64,000 bases of DNA from Somniosus microcephalus (Eukaryota), in assembly GCA_052327205.1 (NCBI GenBank), contig CM126209.1:45570001-45634000 (forward strand). The letters are read 5' to 3'. A program made the position numbers and the translations under genes. The first letter of the stretch is position 1. Each line of letters starts with the position of its first letter. The notes under the pieces are model-generated. The model did no database searches. It had not been told where the DNA came from and saw nothing but the letters and a program-made list of their open reading frames with translations. Below are positions 1 through 13,200 of this stretch, piece by piece.

Positions 1-84
1 AACAGAACGACTGCAGCCTGGAGCGGGACCGGAACCCAGCAACCACCTCTCCCACCACGATCCCGCCACCGCTGGCGAAATCGT

Positions 85-410
85 GACCTTAGAGTTGACC
101 TGATAGAGGTCTTTAACATTATGAATGGGTTGGACGGGGAAGATGTGGAGAGAATGTTTCCAGTTGTGGGAGAATACAAAACTAGGGGCCGTAAATGCAA
201 GATAGTTACTAATAAATCCAATAGGGAAATAAGGAGAAATTTCTTTGCTTAGATGCTTTCAAAAGGAAGCTAGATGAGTACATGAGAGAAAAGGGAATAG
301 AAAGATATATTGAGATGAGGTAGATGGAATGGAAGGAGATTCGTGTGGAATATTCATACGAGCAGAGACTAGTTGGGCTGAATGGCCTGTTTCTGTGCTG
401 TATATTCTAT
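85..410 (+). mobile_element. CR1-type LINE 3' fragment (degraded)
   Basis: Pattern typical of a CR1 ORF2 end and 3' UTR (gacctgatagaggtctttaa...gggctgaatggcctgtttctgtgctgta). Boundaries approximate. Confidence 0.6.
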
Positions 411-760
411 GTACTGTAATGTTACAGGGTAAAATGTATTTCTACAGTTTAATCACAATGAATACTTAAATCAGATCTTCAGTGTTCACAGTGAAGCTTA
501 TTTGAGTTTTGACTGGTAATTTACTCTGTAGTTGGGAAGAGAACACAATTACAGTATAACAGGGCGTCCAGAAATAATATGCCAGATCACAGCCTGGAGT
601 TTCCTCCATGGGCGCAACCCCAGAATTAGACCCGGATAAGTGCCCAATGTCACGCTCATTTTGCTGATGTCAAAAAACGCCCACATATCCTCCCAATTTC
701 ATTACAAACCTTAAATGAGCGGAAATCAGTGCAAACATTCGCGGACCAATAAAACACTGA

Positions 761-1476
761 GGCCTAGAAATTCATTAAGGCGCTGCCAGCTTTGCGCCCA
801 GTTAACGCCTAAAGGGTGGTTTTGCGCCAAAAATGAGTTTGCGCAGATATTCAGCGCAGCGATATTGGCGGCGGTAGCCGTTAGCGCTGCGCCGGCACCG
901 ATGACGTCATCGGTGTGCACAGTGCCCCGGTTCCGCCCCGAAACCGCGCCGATCCCCATATTTAGTTGCGGCCGCCTCCTCCGAAGCGGCCGCAAACAGC
1001 GACCAGAAAACGGGGCCGTCCTGCTGCCTTAGTGGGGCGCTTTAAAGCGGAAGGTGCGGCCGGCCGATTTTGCGGCGGCCGCCTGCCCGCACCTCCTTCC
1101 CCGGCCTCCTCCACCCCCCCCCCCCCCCCGCGGCGTTGCCGGCTGCTTTCCGCGAGCCCGGCACTTCTCCGTGGTGGCGGGCTCATTTGCCGGCACTATC
1201 CAGCGGCGATCTCCCCGTTGCAGGCAGCTCCCCCTTAAGAGAAGGAGGAGGCCTGCAGTACCGCAGCCTGCCGCTGCGCAGCGCCTGGCGCAGCGGCGCC
1301 AAGAGCGCTGATATTCAGTGTCAGCGCACCAAGCGGAGGCGGGCACACCCTGGTATAGCGCCCGCTTCCGAATTGGGGCGCTAACGATGAATATCTGACG
1401 ATCGCTATAGGCTTCCCGCCCAGCGCTAACTTTTGGGCGCTAGCCAGCTGGCGGGGCCATAGTGAATTTCTAGGCC
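761..1476. mobile_element. GC-rich PIF/Harbinger-type MITE
   Basis: TIR GGCCTAGAAATTCA ... TGAATTTCTAGGCC; 3-bp TSD TGA (758-760, 1477-1479); homologous inverted copy at 35410-36109. Confidence 0.85.
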
Positions 1477-2091
1477 TGAATCCTCAGCAGTATGTTTCTT
1501 CTTTGAATTTTAAAATTTAAGTTTCAACTAATTTAGTCATTCTCCATGCATATCAGGCACAGCATGTTTAAGAATCTGCAATCGGGGAAGCTTTTCAATT
1601 TTTAATGTGACTTACACTTATGCCATAAAAATACATTAAAATAAGCAGAAAATACAGTGCAGGTCTCAAGTGAAAATACATTTTTAAAACGCTGAAAAAA
1701 TTCCAATTAAAAGACCAGAAAAATGACTGTTCCCTGCAGCGCCTGAAAATCTGGTCTCAATGTTGTGAGATGGATCCTACCAAACAAGCTCAATTAGAGG
1801 ATACTCGCATTTGAGAGGAGTGTGGCCAGTTTTGAGGGCAGAGATTCGTTCGGATGGAGGGTTTGATGGATGGACTTCAAGGTCAAGGAGATTGGACATA
1901 CTGCAGTGACGTGCGTAACTTACACCCAAAATTCCACGATCTGTCAAGCCACGTAGTTTATTTGTGCCCAGAATATGGATGTATCTGGGAGTAAATGCGG
2001 AGGAAACTCGAGGCCCATATGTTTCTTGACAGACTCTACCTGCTGACTTAGTATTGATAGTACATACTGTTGGGGAATAAAATGTAATTTT

Positions 2092-3131
2092 ACCCGGATT
2101 TTGTGGTTGGAATAACAGTGAGGCTATCGCCGCTCACCATTATTGAGGAATAAATCAGACAGCAATTTCTGGCATCCGCATATGTGCAGTTAAATGCAGA
2201 AATCAGGAAGTTGCTGTCCGAGTTGCCTTACTCCTCCACAGGTTTCGCTCTCGCCGAGAGATTTAGCATTCACATACATGCAACGGCGTGAAGTTGCTGT
2301 TCTTACCCGCTAGATACCCACTAAACATGCCAAAAAAAGTTAAGACTGGTCCATTCAAGTGTAAGTGAATTTTTAACAGCGGGATAAGCAGTGTTCCCGT
2401 TAAGCGGCACAGCCGCACAGCTGTCTGGAGGTCCCGTGCAGGCCGATCACCGGCTTTTTTAATGGGACATTTCACGCATGCACGAAATTTTGAATGGGCT
2501 ACGCAGTCCGTTAAAGGGACCACACCTAAAAAAATAAATAAATAAAATTTAGGGGGCACATTGGTAATCAGTGTTCCCGTTAATTTTTTTTGGGGGGTGT
2601 GGCTCATTCAAAATAACGGCGTGCGGTTTTTCACTGGCGAGCCAGCTGCGCAGGAAGTCCAAAGAGCTGCACAGCTTAAAAGGAGCATGGTTGGTGATCA
2701 GTCTTAATGATTGCCAAAAACCTCTCTGGCACTGAAAATTAACTTTTACAAGTATGGAGTCTCAGTCTTTCTGATTTTTTTAAAACTTTTTCTTTGTCTC
2801 TTTTATCTCTCTCTTAATCCCATCTTTCTTTCCCACTCTTTATTTTGCTTTCTGTACATGATTTTACATTGAATTAATTATTCAAACTTGCACTTGCTGG
2901 TTCAGACTCTGCGTGCCTCAATAAGGATTCTTCAATCTGATTGGTTGAGGAGACATGCTGTTGCTTGGCCTGTTCACACAGGTCCAAGATCCCCTGTAGG
3001 GGGCTCTGCGCTATATTGGACTCCTGATGACTGCAATTTGTCGCGCAAAAGCTCATGAAAAATCTGTGGGAAGCTGTAAGCATAAAAAACAGCAAGTATC
3101 GTTCGTTCGCTGCTGACCGGAAAATCAGGGT
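2092..3131. mobile_element. Degraded TIR element (Harbinger-like MITE) hosting two hAT MITEs
   Basis: Imperfect TIR ACCCGGATTTT ... AAAATCAGGGT; the right half resembles 44380-44720. Confidence 0.5.
2389..2690. mobile_element. Two adjacent short hAT-type MITEs in opposite orientation (2389-2563 and 2569-~2690)
   Basis: Both start with CAGTGTTCCCGTTAA and end with degenerate complements (TTAGGGGGCACATTG; TTAAAAGGAGCATGG). Same TIR family as 51520-51661. Confidence 0.6.
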
Positions 3132-3765
3132 CAATTTGTATGCTTGGGTAATTAATGGTGTTGGCTATAATGACAACATTAGACAGCCAATTTTATATAG
3201 GCTGTATTTTAATGATGGTTGTAGAGTTGGAACATAACTCAACTGAAATCCAAGACCTTAATTATGCATGACAGGACTTTTGTCGTCCAAGGAGCAATAT
3301 TGTAACAATGCTTCAAGCAAACTAAATCATTTTAATTGTTTAATTTTAGATAACTCACCTGAATGTACCTCTAGGCACAAATCTTAGCTTGGTGACTTCT
3401 AAGGGAAATCACTGTGAGGAGTATAGCCCTCTGGAGCTGACAATATAAGAAATAGTTGTATCTCGTTACTTTTAAACCAGAACATTTCAGTCCTTTGGAT
3501 TATAAGCCATTTGAGTCCTGAATTTTCTTTGCAGTTTGTAGATTGTAGAACAAGTATTGCTGCTAATTACCATAGAGGAGAAGAGTAAAGAACTGATCAT
3601 GAGAACATTTATTGTCTAGCTTAAATAACATGTAAAATACCTTAATATATAGATTTCTGAGCATTGGACCAAAATATTAGAACTCATTCAGAACTTATTG
3701 AGATAATAATTACTTCAAGCAGAAAAATACCACTTTGAAGGTTAAATATGTTATTGTCTTTGCAG

Positions 3766-3942
3766 GTTGAGATAAGTCCTTTGGAGAATGCAATAGAAAC
3801 AATGCAGTTAACGAATGAGAAGATCAATAACATGGTTCAACAGCACATGAATGATCCAAACCTGCCTATTAACCCTCTCTCCATGTTGCTGAATGGAATT
3901 GTGGATCCTGCAGTAATGGGAGGTTTCACCAATTATGAAAAG
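3766..3942 (+). CDS. DOCK1: DOCK1 internal coding exon (DHR-2 GEF domain), [19 protein letters not shown]...GGFTNYEK
   Basis: Acceptor ttgcag|GTT at 3765/3766, donor AAG|gtttgt at 3942/3943; 177 bp, phase 0. The translation includes [17 protein letters not shown], the DOCK-A DHR-2 nucleotide-sensor region, recognised from memory of DOCK1. Confidence 0.95.
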
Positions 3943-4379
3943 GTTTGTTTATTGACGTTTTCCTTTTCTGTTTAACAATGCAGATGTCAAAGTTCTAAAA
4001 CCTTTTCAAATTGCATATCAGTATGCGTTGAATAATGAGATTAATCTTAAACTTACCCCACCTATTATATATAAATCATTTTTCTCTGGTACTGTATTTT
4101 CTCCCTACATAAAACTCAGTTAATTTTATCAAGGGTGTGGATAAGTTAAACCTTGTCTTGTTTTTCTGTAGCTGATGCTCTTTGGAAATTCTTTCTTGTG
4201 TATTTACTAAAGCTTACAGTTAGAAGCTAATTATGCTTAATCCCCTCATCACATATTTCCAATCATCACAGCGTCACTTCATTACAGGCATGCAAGCTCC
4301 ATTATGAATATACTACTTAAAAATAGATTTCTAATTGTTTTTAATGAAACTGCATGAATGTGTTCCTTTTTCATATTAG

Positions 4380-4463
4380 GCATTCTTCACTGAAAAATAT
4401 ATGCAGGAACACCCTGAAGACCATGAGAAGATTGAAAAACTCAAGGACCTCATAGCATGGCAG
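4380..4463 (+). CDS. DOCK1: DOCK1 coding exon, [28 protein letters not shown]
   Basis: tattag|GCA acceptor, CAG|gtaaaa donor; 84 bp, in frame with the previous exon; resembles the DOCK1 DHR-2 helix ending KLKDLIAWQ. Too short to appear in the ORF track. Confidence 0.93.
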
Positions 4464-4885
4464 GTAAAACCTATATGATTTCAAATACCTGAGATGCTGG
4501 ATACATTGAAAGGAATAAGCCAGCATCACCTAAGAAAGAAAATGAGCAATGCATTTTTCTTGTTGAAAAGATGTCTGTCACTTCAACTGACAGAATCAGC
4601 ATCACAAGATCATGAGTACCAGATTGTGGCACAGAAATATCAGTTGATAATCCCTTATGGGACTAAAAGACTTAATATTTTCTCTGTCAATATATTTTTC
4701 CCCACATAGTAACTCACTTATACAGTCATAGTCTGTTGTACTTCAGTGACATCTTCAGTAACATCTATAATAGAAATTTTAAAAATTAGTAATTATGTAA
4801 AATAAACTGAAGTTCAGATTAAACACCTTTTTACTATAGATTTAAAATGAGCTAGTTAGTGAAAACAGGTGAAATGATGATAAAA

Positions 4886-5326
4886 GAAAGACTTGCATTT
4901 CTATTGTGCATTTCACAACCTCAAGACATCCCAAAGCGCTTTACAGCCAATTAAATACTTTTTGAAGTGTCACTGTTGTAATGTAGGAAATGCGGCAGCC
5001 AGTTTGCACACAGCAAGCTCCCACAAACAGTAATGTGATAATGGCCAGATAATCTGTTTTAGTGATGTTGATTGAGGGATAAATATTGGCCAGGACACCG
5101 GGGATAACTCCCCTGCTCTTCTTCGATATGGGATCTTTTACATTCACCTGGGGCCTCGGTTTAACGTCTCATATGAAAGATGGCACCTCTGACTGTGCAG
5201 CACTCCCTCAGTACTGCACTGGAGTGTCAGCCTTGAATTTTGTGCTCAAGTCTCTGGAGTGGGTCTTGATCCCACAACCATCTGACTCAGAGGTGAGACT
5301 GCTACCAACTGAGCCACAGCTGACAC
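4886..5326 (-). mobile_element. tRNA-derived SINE (DeuSINE/SacSINE-like)
   Basis: The minus strand begins gtgtcagctgTGGCTCAGTTGG (A box) followed by a GGATCAAGACCC B-box-like motif; L2-like tail aaagcgctttgggatg...aaatgcaagtcttt. A degenerate + strand copy lies at ~48650-49020. Confidence 0.7.
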
Positions 5327-6131
5327 TGATGATTAATATCTGATGATTAAAAAGGATTGTGTCATCTGACAAAAAGTGAAACAATATGAAAAGCTCTATT
5401 TGTAAGTGTATGTATTTACACATTGGCATTACTGGTGTGCACCAATACTGTATCACCCATGCCTCCCAATGTGTCCCATATTGTGCAGAGCATTCCAGTT
5501 TTTAAAAATGATCACACTTGTCCAATAGCCATGCAATAATTGTGCGTTTAACAGTACTCATTAAATAGCTAGGAGTGAAGAGTGAGTACTATGGCCTCTT
5601 CACCTCTTATAGACATTGCCATTAACAAATGCACACAATATTGTCGGTGTTTTAAAATGTTTTTATTTTAGAGTGCAGTGGGGGGATCCTTGTTCAATCC
5701 CTTACCAACTTTTTCAGAAATGAGCTGCACCAAGCAGACAGACTCTGAGTAAAGGAGTATCTCCCCATAGGAGGAACAGAAAATCAGGTCAGAATTCAAA
5801 GGAAAATCCATCCCTCTTGCATATCCTAGCAAGGTCTAAGGGACTGAACTAAAAGCAGCACAGAAAAGGGGGCAGCCTTGACTAGTATCACTGCTGAAAG
5901 AGGGAGATTTGGAGGTAGAGCAGCCTATTGGAACCATTGCTGAAAGATCCACAAAAAACACCTTAATCAATTTAATGAATTATGCCAAAACTATAAATGT
6001 TTAAAGTTTAGGAAGGGAGGACCATTGAATCCTGTTAAAAGCTTTTTTTTAGCACCATCAGATATTGCAACAACATGGGCACTGATTACACCATTAGCAA
6101 CAGTACTATTCTAATTTCTGCTAGATTTTTG

Positions 6132-6921
6132 GGGCTGGATTTTGATACTGGAGGCGTGTAGGAGGCGGGACTACAACTTTTGGGGTTGTAGTCCCGCCTC
6201 CATCGAGTTGTGGCCAACCCACTCGATTTTCACTTGATTGACCTTGTTGAGCCCGGATTGACATTTCATCTGTCAAGAGCTTTTGACAGATGAAATATCA
6301 GCGTTTGACAGCTCTTTGAAGCTGTCAAACTCTGACAATCTGTACACTAAGTTAATTCCTTCCTCTCAGGCTGATTTAGAGATCTCTCCAGAACAGAAAG
6401 CTGAATGCTGCAACTATTGACAGCTCGCGGCCATTCTGTTTTCTGTGCCGGTGAGATGAGGGACTCCCGAGACCTGAAGGAAGGAAGCCTGCATTAGTAA
6501 GTAAAGGTAAGTAAAACTTCTTTAAACACTTTACACACACCAAACACACTTACCTCTGCACTCATGCACCCATCACTCACCTGAACATCGGACATCTCGA
6601 ACCCTCCAAGCCCTTCAGCCCGACGGTCCGCCTCGCTAACTTGGCGTGATTTGGAGCCGTCGGGAATCCCACACTTCAGGAATAAAAATAGGAATTGGGC
6701 CAAAAACTGCCTGTTAACTACCTGTTAACAGGCAGTTAATTGGCACTAATCCCCTTCCCGCCTCGAGGAGGCGGCTCCCAGCACAGGTCGGGTATCCGCC
6801 TACTTTGAAACTTGCATGGAGGCGGGTTGGGGGCGGGATGGGTTCGTGCCCCCCGATTTCACTGTTTTAACCCCCCACACGCCTCCCATCCCGCCTCAAC
6901 GACCCAATGAAAATCCAGCCC
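6132..6921. mobile_element. PIF/Harbinger-type MITE
   Basis: TIR GGGCTGGATTTT ... AAAATCCAGCCC; 3-bp TSD TTG (6129-6131, 6922-6924). Confidence 0.85.
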
Positions 6922-7159
6922 TTGGACTCCAAGGGAATCAAGGGATATGGGGATCGGGTGGGAAAGTGGAGTTGAGGTCGAAGATCAGCCGTGATCTTAT
7001 TGAATGGCGGAGCAGGCTTGAGGGGCCATATGGCCTACATCTGCTCCTATTCCTTATGTTCTTAAATATTGGACAACCTGTGGAGACTATCGGAAAATGT
7101 TATGTACTTAACAGACCCTACATGACCTAGGTGGACAATGAAGAGGAGCAGCCATTAAA

Positions 7160-9070
7160 TAGAATTACATAGAATTTTACAGCACAGAAATAGGTCATTC
7201 GATCCAACAGATCTATGCTGGTGTTTATGATCCACAAGAGCCTCCTCCCACTTTACTTCATCTCACCCTATCAATATGTCCTTCTATTCCTGTCTCCCTC
7301 GTGTACTTGTCTAGCTTCCTCTTTAATGCAACAATGCAATTTGCCTCAACCACTCAATGCGGTATTGAGTTCCACATTCTCACCCTTTCTGAGTAAAGAA
7401 GTTTCTCCTGAATTCCTTATTAGATTTATTAATTACTATCTTATATTTATAGCCTCTGGTTTTAGATGCTCCCACAAGTTGAGACATCTCTATGTCTACC
7501 CTAACACATCCCTTTATGATTTTAAAGACCTCTATCAGGTCACCTCTCAGTCTTTTCTAGAGTAAAGAGCCAATCCTATTCAGTCTTTCCTGATAATTGT
7601 ACCCCCTCAGTTCTGGTATCATCCTTGTAAATCTTTTTTGTACTTTCACCTATATCTTTTTGTAATATGAAGACCAGAACTATGCACAGTACTCCAAGTG
7701 TGGGCTAACCATGGTTCTATATAACATTAACATAACTTCTCTGCTTTTGAGTTCTATTCTTCTAGAAATGAACCCCAGTGCTTTATTTGCACACTTTATG
7801 GTTTTGTTAACCTGCGTTGCTACTTTTAATTATTTGTGAATCTATACTCCTAGATCCTTTTGCGCTTCTACCCCATTCAGACTCTTAGGGCTGGATTTTA
7901 CCTTCGATCCGGAGGTCGAGGCGGGACTGCTGGTTTTCGGGTTTCAGTCCCGCTCCTAGCGACGTCTGATGAACAGACGCTATTTTCCCTTGATTGGCCT
8001 TGTTAAGCCCGCCCTGCAGGCTTGCCAGCCAATTAAGGGAAAGCCGGTGTCAGATGACGTCAGTGCATGATGCTTCATCTGCTGGTTTTGTTAAAGTGAC
8101 AGGCACCATAATTTTTTGACAGATGACTTGACAGTGTTTGACAGCATTGAGGTGCTGTCAAACACTGACAATCACTGTCCAAAGGTGAGCCCTTGCACCC
8201 AGGCTCTCCAATGACTCTCTCCTTAGGATGAAACAGATGGCAGCTGCATGTGAGATTGCAGAAGCCATCTGTCACTTCTCCCAATGGGATGAGGCTGCAC
8301 AAACACATCACAGCTTGTCACCTGCAGAAGCATCAAACCACAGTAAAAAAAAAAAAATTTAAAAAAAATCCCCAACATTCTCTCACCTGTCATACTTACC
8401 AGTGTCCCATTGCAGCCTTCACACTACCTCTGCAGCTGTCATTTCTACAGTTACAGTATAACAGACCCACAGCTCGCCTCAATTACCCAGGCGGGATTTC
8501 CCGACGTCGGGAAGCCCTCAGCACTAGGCGCAAAATGGGGAAAAAGCCTCTTAACTGCCTGTTAACCACCTGTTAACAGGCAGTTAATTGGCTCTAATCC
8601 CCTTCCCGTCGCTAGGAGATGGATCCCTGCGCGAATCGGGGACCTGCCTCCCGGGAAGATCGTTTGGAGATGGGTTGGGAGCGGGTTCTGGACCCGCCCC
8701 CATTTTTTACCATTTTGTCACCAATCCTGCCTCCAAACCCACTCCCTGAGCACTGGCAAAATCCCCTCCTTTTTTTCCAAGGAATATGTGGCCTCCTTAT
8801 TGCTCTTACCAAAATACACCACCTTACATATCTGCATTGAAATTAATTTGCTATTTACATACCCATTCTGCAAAGTTTCTTAATGTCTTCTTGTATTTTG
8901 TCACAGTCTTGCTCAGTATCAACTATACCCCTCCTCCCCAATTTAGTGTCATCCGCAAATTTTGAAATTGTACTTCCGATTCCCGAGTCCAAGCCTTTTG
9001 TGTAAATGGTGAAAGACAGGGGTCCCAATCCCGAACCCTGAGGAACACCACTTCCCACCTTCACCCAGGA
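7160..9070 (-). mobile_element. CR1-type LINE 3' portion (RT remnant), interrupted by a MITE
   Basis: ORF 8855-9088 reads SGVPQGSGLGPLSFTIY...ISKFADDTKLG (CR1 RT motifs); CR1-like 3' UTR near 7160-7250. Confidence 0.8.
7888..8769. mobile_element. Harbinger-type MITE, relative of 6132-6921, nested in the CR1 fragment
   Basis: Left TIR GGGCTGGATTTT after TTA; degenerate right TIR AAAATCCCCTCC; shares the subterminal aactgcctgttaac..ctgttaacaggcagttaattggc.ctaatccccttcccg block with 6132-6921. Confidence 0.7.
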
Positions 9071-9909
9071 TTCTAAAATTGTCAACATTTTGCAATCTTT
9101 GCCAAGAAGGGAGGTGGATATTTATTTTATGGCATTTTCCCAAAGTCCATGGCATCCCTTCTTTCTGTAACCCCCTGATTCAGACTGTGTTTAACAAGTC
9201 TAAATGCACCATTAATCATTGCTTCCTCAGAAATGTCAAATGATACTGGATTAATGATGGAGCTAATTTAAAAAAAACTTGCTGAAAACCATGAACTCCC
9301 AAAACTGTATACAGGGGAAAAGAACTGATTATTCTTTTTATTCAAGATAAGAATGTTCCAATAGGATTTGTTGCTCAGTCTTCAAGGAGAGCTGGAATTT
9401 AGCAAAAATGTAAGCCATGACTTCATCAGTGGAGCAGCCCTCAGATGTGTAGCTATTTTTTAGAAAAATTTGCAAATGCTTCATTAATTACATGCAGATG
9501 AGTCAAGATGGCCCAATTTCCTAGTCTAATACAGCTTTACTCTGGTATCCATCTGTGTGATCTACCCAGCCAGCAGTCTGCCTGCATTGTCACTGTGCCC
9601 AAAGTATCTGGTTCAATTAAAGTAAAATATAATCTTGTAATTTAGAGTTAATTGGATTTTTTTTGCTTTTTTTTTTAAAGAGTTTCAGGGTTCTGGACTC
9701 AAAAGTTCTTTATCCCAATTTTTTCCCATTTATATAAAGATATAACACTTGCTAATGTTATCCTTTTCTTGTGGGAACTGGAAGAAGCCAGTCAACCCCT
9801 TAAACCTATCCCTGGCTGTCGAAACACCTGAGGCATCATTGAATCATAAATATGCACTTCAGCCTGTCTGTAAGATTATTGTTCTGAGAAAAGTATGCAT
9901 CATATATAT

Positions 9910-10109
9910 TGTGTCAGTACCTTTTTACCTAGACACAATTAGAACTCAGAACTCAGAGATTCAAACATGAAGTGCTTTATTCAGGAAGGAAAGGGGAGTT
10001 CTGGCGAGTTCCGAACAAAGAGAGCTAAACTTAACCAGGAGAACACCCAACCATTTATCTGCTGTGACAGCGCCACCACAGGTGGGAGGAGAACACACAA
10101 TACATAACA
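9910..10109 (-). repeat. 3' LTR of the Gypsy element
   Basis: Preceded on the minus strand by the polypurine tract AAGAGGGGAGGAA (~10112-10124); contains a minus-strand AATAAA. Confidence 0.95.
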
Positions 10110-10265
10110 TATTCCTCCCCTCTTAAATGGAAGGTCCACATTATTCCTCAACAGGTAAGTTACTTTCAATGCACTCAACTAACCTAGGGTAGAGGTAGAC
10201 TGCCTCAACCCCTGACTTTACCCTGGGGTTTATTCTGCCCCAGTCTTGTGGGTAAGTTGCTAAGC

Positions 10266-13200
10266 CTACAGATCCAAACGTCTTGGAGGCCGCCGCTCTC
10301 TGACAGGATACCGGTGGTCATCGCTGGCTTCCACAGCAGTAGGCATTGACACAGGCCTAGATGGAGAAGGTGCCTGTGTCAATCGAAAGTCAGGAGTTTG
10401 CACAGGTGGAACAGTCTCTTTGACTTCCTGTGTTGGAGAAGAGCACTGTGGCAAAGGATGCTGGTTTGTGGTATCATCCGGAAACAGTTCAGGCCAACCA
10501 GCCGTTGGAGCCTCTGGCTGTCTCTGCTCCTAGCAACAGTTGATCTGTGTGTCTTCTCCAGACGACATCCTCAGCAGTCTCAACCGTGTAAGACACAGGG
10601 CCCGTCTGCGCGATCACCGTAGCAGGAACCCATTTCGGTCCAGTGTTGTAGTTTCGAGCTAGGATGTGCTCTCCCGGATGAAACCGTTTCTCCTTGGCTC
10701 TTTTCTCTCTCTTTTCAACTTGAGCTTGTTGTTGACGATGGACAACCTGCTCTGCCCTTGGAGGTTTGAGTAAGTCAAAACTTGTCCGTAACTGCCTCTT
10801 CATCATGAGCGAAGCGGGGGAAGTTTTGGTTGTGGCATGCGGCTCGTTCCTGTAGGACAACAGGAAGCTGTTCAGATGTTGGTGGATTGAGCCCTGACCT
10901 TGCGATGCCTTCAAGGTTTGCACGAACCTTTCTGCCTGGCCGTTAGTAGAGGGATGATAGGGCGCAGACCTGATGTGTTGGACACCATTCACATGCAGGA
11001 AGGTTGTAAACTCCTGTGATACAAATTGTGGACCGTTGTCACTTACGAGTTGTTCCGGTGAGCCATAACGGCTGAACATCTCACCAAGTTTCTCAATTGT
11101 TTTCTCTGCCGTGGTAGACCTCATCACAGCGACCTCCAGCCACTTGCTACGAGCGTCCACAACCACCATAAACATCTTCTCTTCAAAAGGACCGGCGAAG
11201 TCCACATGTACTCGCTGCCACACTTCTGCAGGCCAATCCCAGGAGTGTAGGGTTGCCAGCTGTGGAACATTCCGGACCCTTTGACATGGGGAACATGTTT
11301 TGGCTTTCTCCTCAATATTTCCATCGAGACCTGGCCACCAGAAGTAGCTTCTTGCCATTTCCTTTATCCGAACCATCCCACTGTGGCCTGTATGAAGTTG
11401 TTGCAGTATAGGTTCCCTCAGAGGTGGCGGAATGATGACACGGCGTCCCCAAAGAAGACAACCTGCCTGGACAGAGAGCTCATTTTTTTTTGAAACGTAA
11501 GGTTTCAAACTAGGAGAATCTCCTATAGCTCTCCCTCGAATGACATCGTCCATTACCTCAGACAGAACTGGATCGTTGCGGGTGTACCTTCGCACCTGAA
11601 CTGCAGTGACAGGTGCTCCCTCCACTTGTCTAAAGTACAAGATGTCTATCTGACGAGGCTCTGGGGGAGTAACAGGCAAGGGTAGCCTTGAGAGACCGTC
11701 TGCGTTGCCGTGCAAGTCTGATTTGCGATATTTGATGTCATATGTGTGTCCTGACAACAGTAAAGCCCACCTTTGCATCCTGCTTGCAGCGAGAGACGGA
11801 ATTCCGGTGTGGGGCCCGAAGATTGAAGTCAATGGACGGTTGTCCGTCAGGAGTGTGAACCTTCTCCCAAGCAGGTACTGATGAAATTTTCTAATTCCGA
11901 AAACGATTCCCAAGGCCTCGCGCTCGATCTGCGCATAGTTACTCTCGGCCTTGTTCAAGGTGCGTGATGCGAAGGCGATAGGTTTCTCTTCACCGAAGGC
12001 ATGATGTGGGATATGACTGCTCCCACACCATATGGTGATGCATCACATGCTAGCTGCACGGGTAGCTTTGGGTCGGTGTGTGTCAGGACCTCCGATTTCA
12101 GCAATGCTTTCTTTGCTTGGGCGAAAGCTTCGTTGCACAGTTCAGTCCATTTCCATGTTTTGCCTTGACATAGCAACTGATGTAACGGCTTCAGCAATGT
12201 TGCTAAGTCTGGAATAAACTTCCCATAGTAGTTAAGTAGCCCCAGAAATGAACATAACTGGCTCACATTCTGGGGTGCTGGGGCCTCCACGATCGCCTTG
12301 ACCTTTGACGGCGCCTTATGCAGGCCAGTAGCGTCAATCACATGCCCCAGGTACTCAACTGAAGACTGAAAGAATTCACATTTGTCTTTACGAACTCTGA
12401 GTCCGTACTCTTTCAGTCGTTGTAGTGTCGCATCCAAGTTCAGAAGATGATCCTCATTTGTCCCAGTGACAAGGATGTCATCCAGGTAGCACTGGACTCC
12501 TGGCAGTCCACTCAAAATCTGATCCATTGCCCTTTGGAATAGAGCAGGGGCCGACGTAATTCCAAACGGAAGGCAGCAGTACCTGTATAGCCCCTTGTGT
12601 GTCACAATTGTCAGCAGCTCCTTTGATTTGTCATCGACATGCATTTGTAGATAAGCCTGGCATAAGTCTATTTTGCTGAACTTTTGCCCTCCGGCCAGGC
12701 CGTAAAAAGATCATCAATGCGGGGAAGAGGGTACTGTTCTGCAGACAGCACCAGGTTAATAGTCACTTTAAAATCTCTGCAGATTCGAACAGATCCATCC
12801 TTTTTCAGGACAGGAACAATGGGTGTGGCCCATTTGCTCACACTCACAGGCTCCAGGACTCCATTCTCGACTAAGGCCTCCAAGTTAGCCTCAACTTTTG
12901 GCCTAATTGCATAGGGTACAGGTCGGGCTTTGTGAAACTTCGGCTTGCTGTCAGGTTTAATGTCCAGTCTCACGCTGATCTTTTTCATGCTCCCAAGTTC
13001 CTCATTGAAGAGTTCTGCATGTTTTTTTAACACTGCAGTCAGACCTGACTCCCCTTTTGACATCATGCGGACTGCAGGCCAGTCCAGTGTGATTTTCTCG
13101 AGCCACGCACGTCCCAGTAGCGATGGGTAATTTCCCTTTACCACATATAGTGGCAGTTTTGCAGTCTGTCCCGTTCAATTTAACTGTCGCCTTAATGCGC

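Noticed and set aside
715-1384. Cluster of overlapping GC-rich ORFs (also 35318-36098) resembling a CpG-island gene start
   Set aside because: They coincide with TIR/TSD-bounded MITEs; open frames reflect high GC content.
5230-5326. tRNA gene suggested by A/B-box motifs on the minus strand
   Set aside because: It is the head of a SINE with a body and LINE-like tail; no full cloverleaf is evident.
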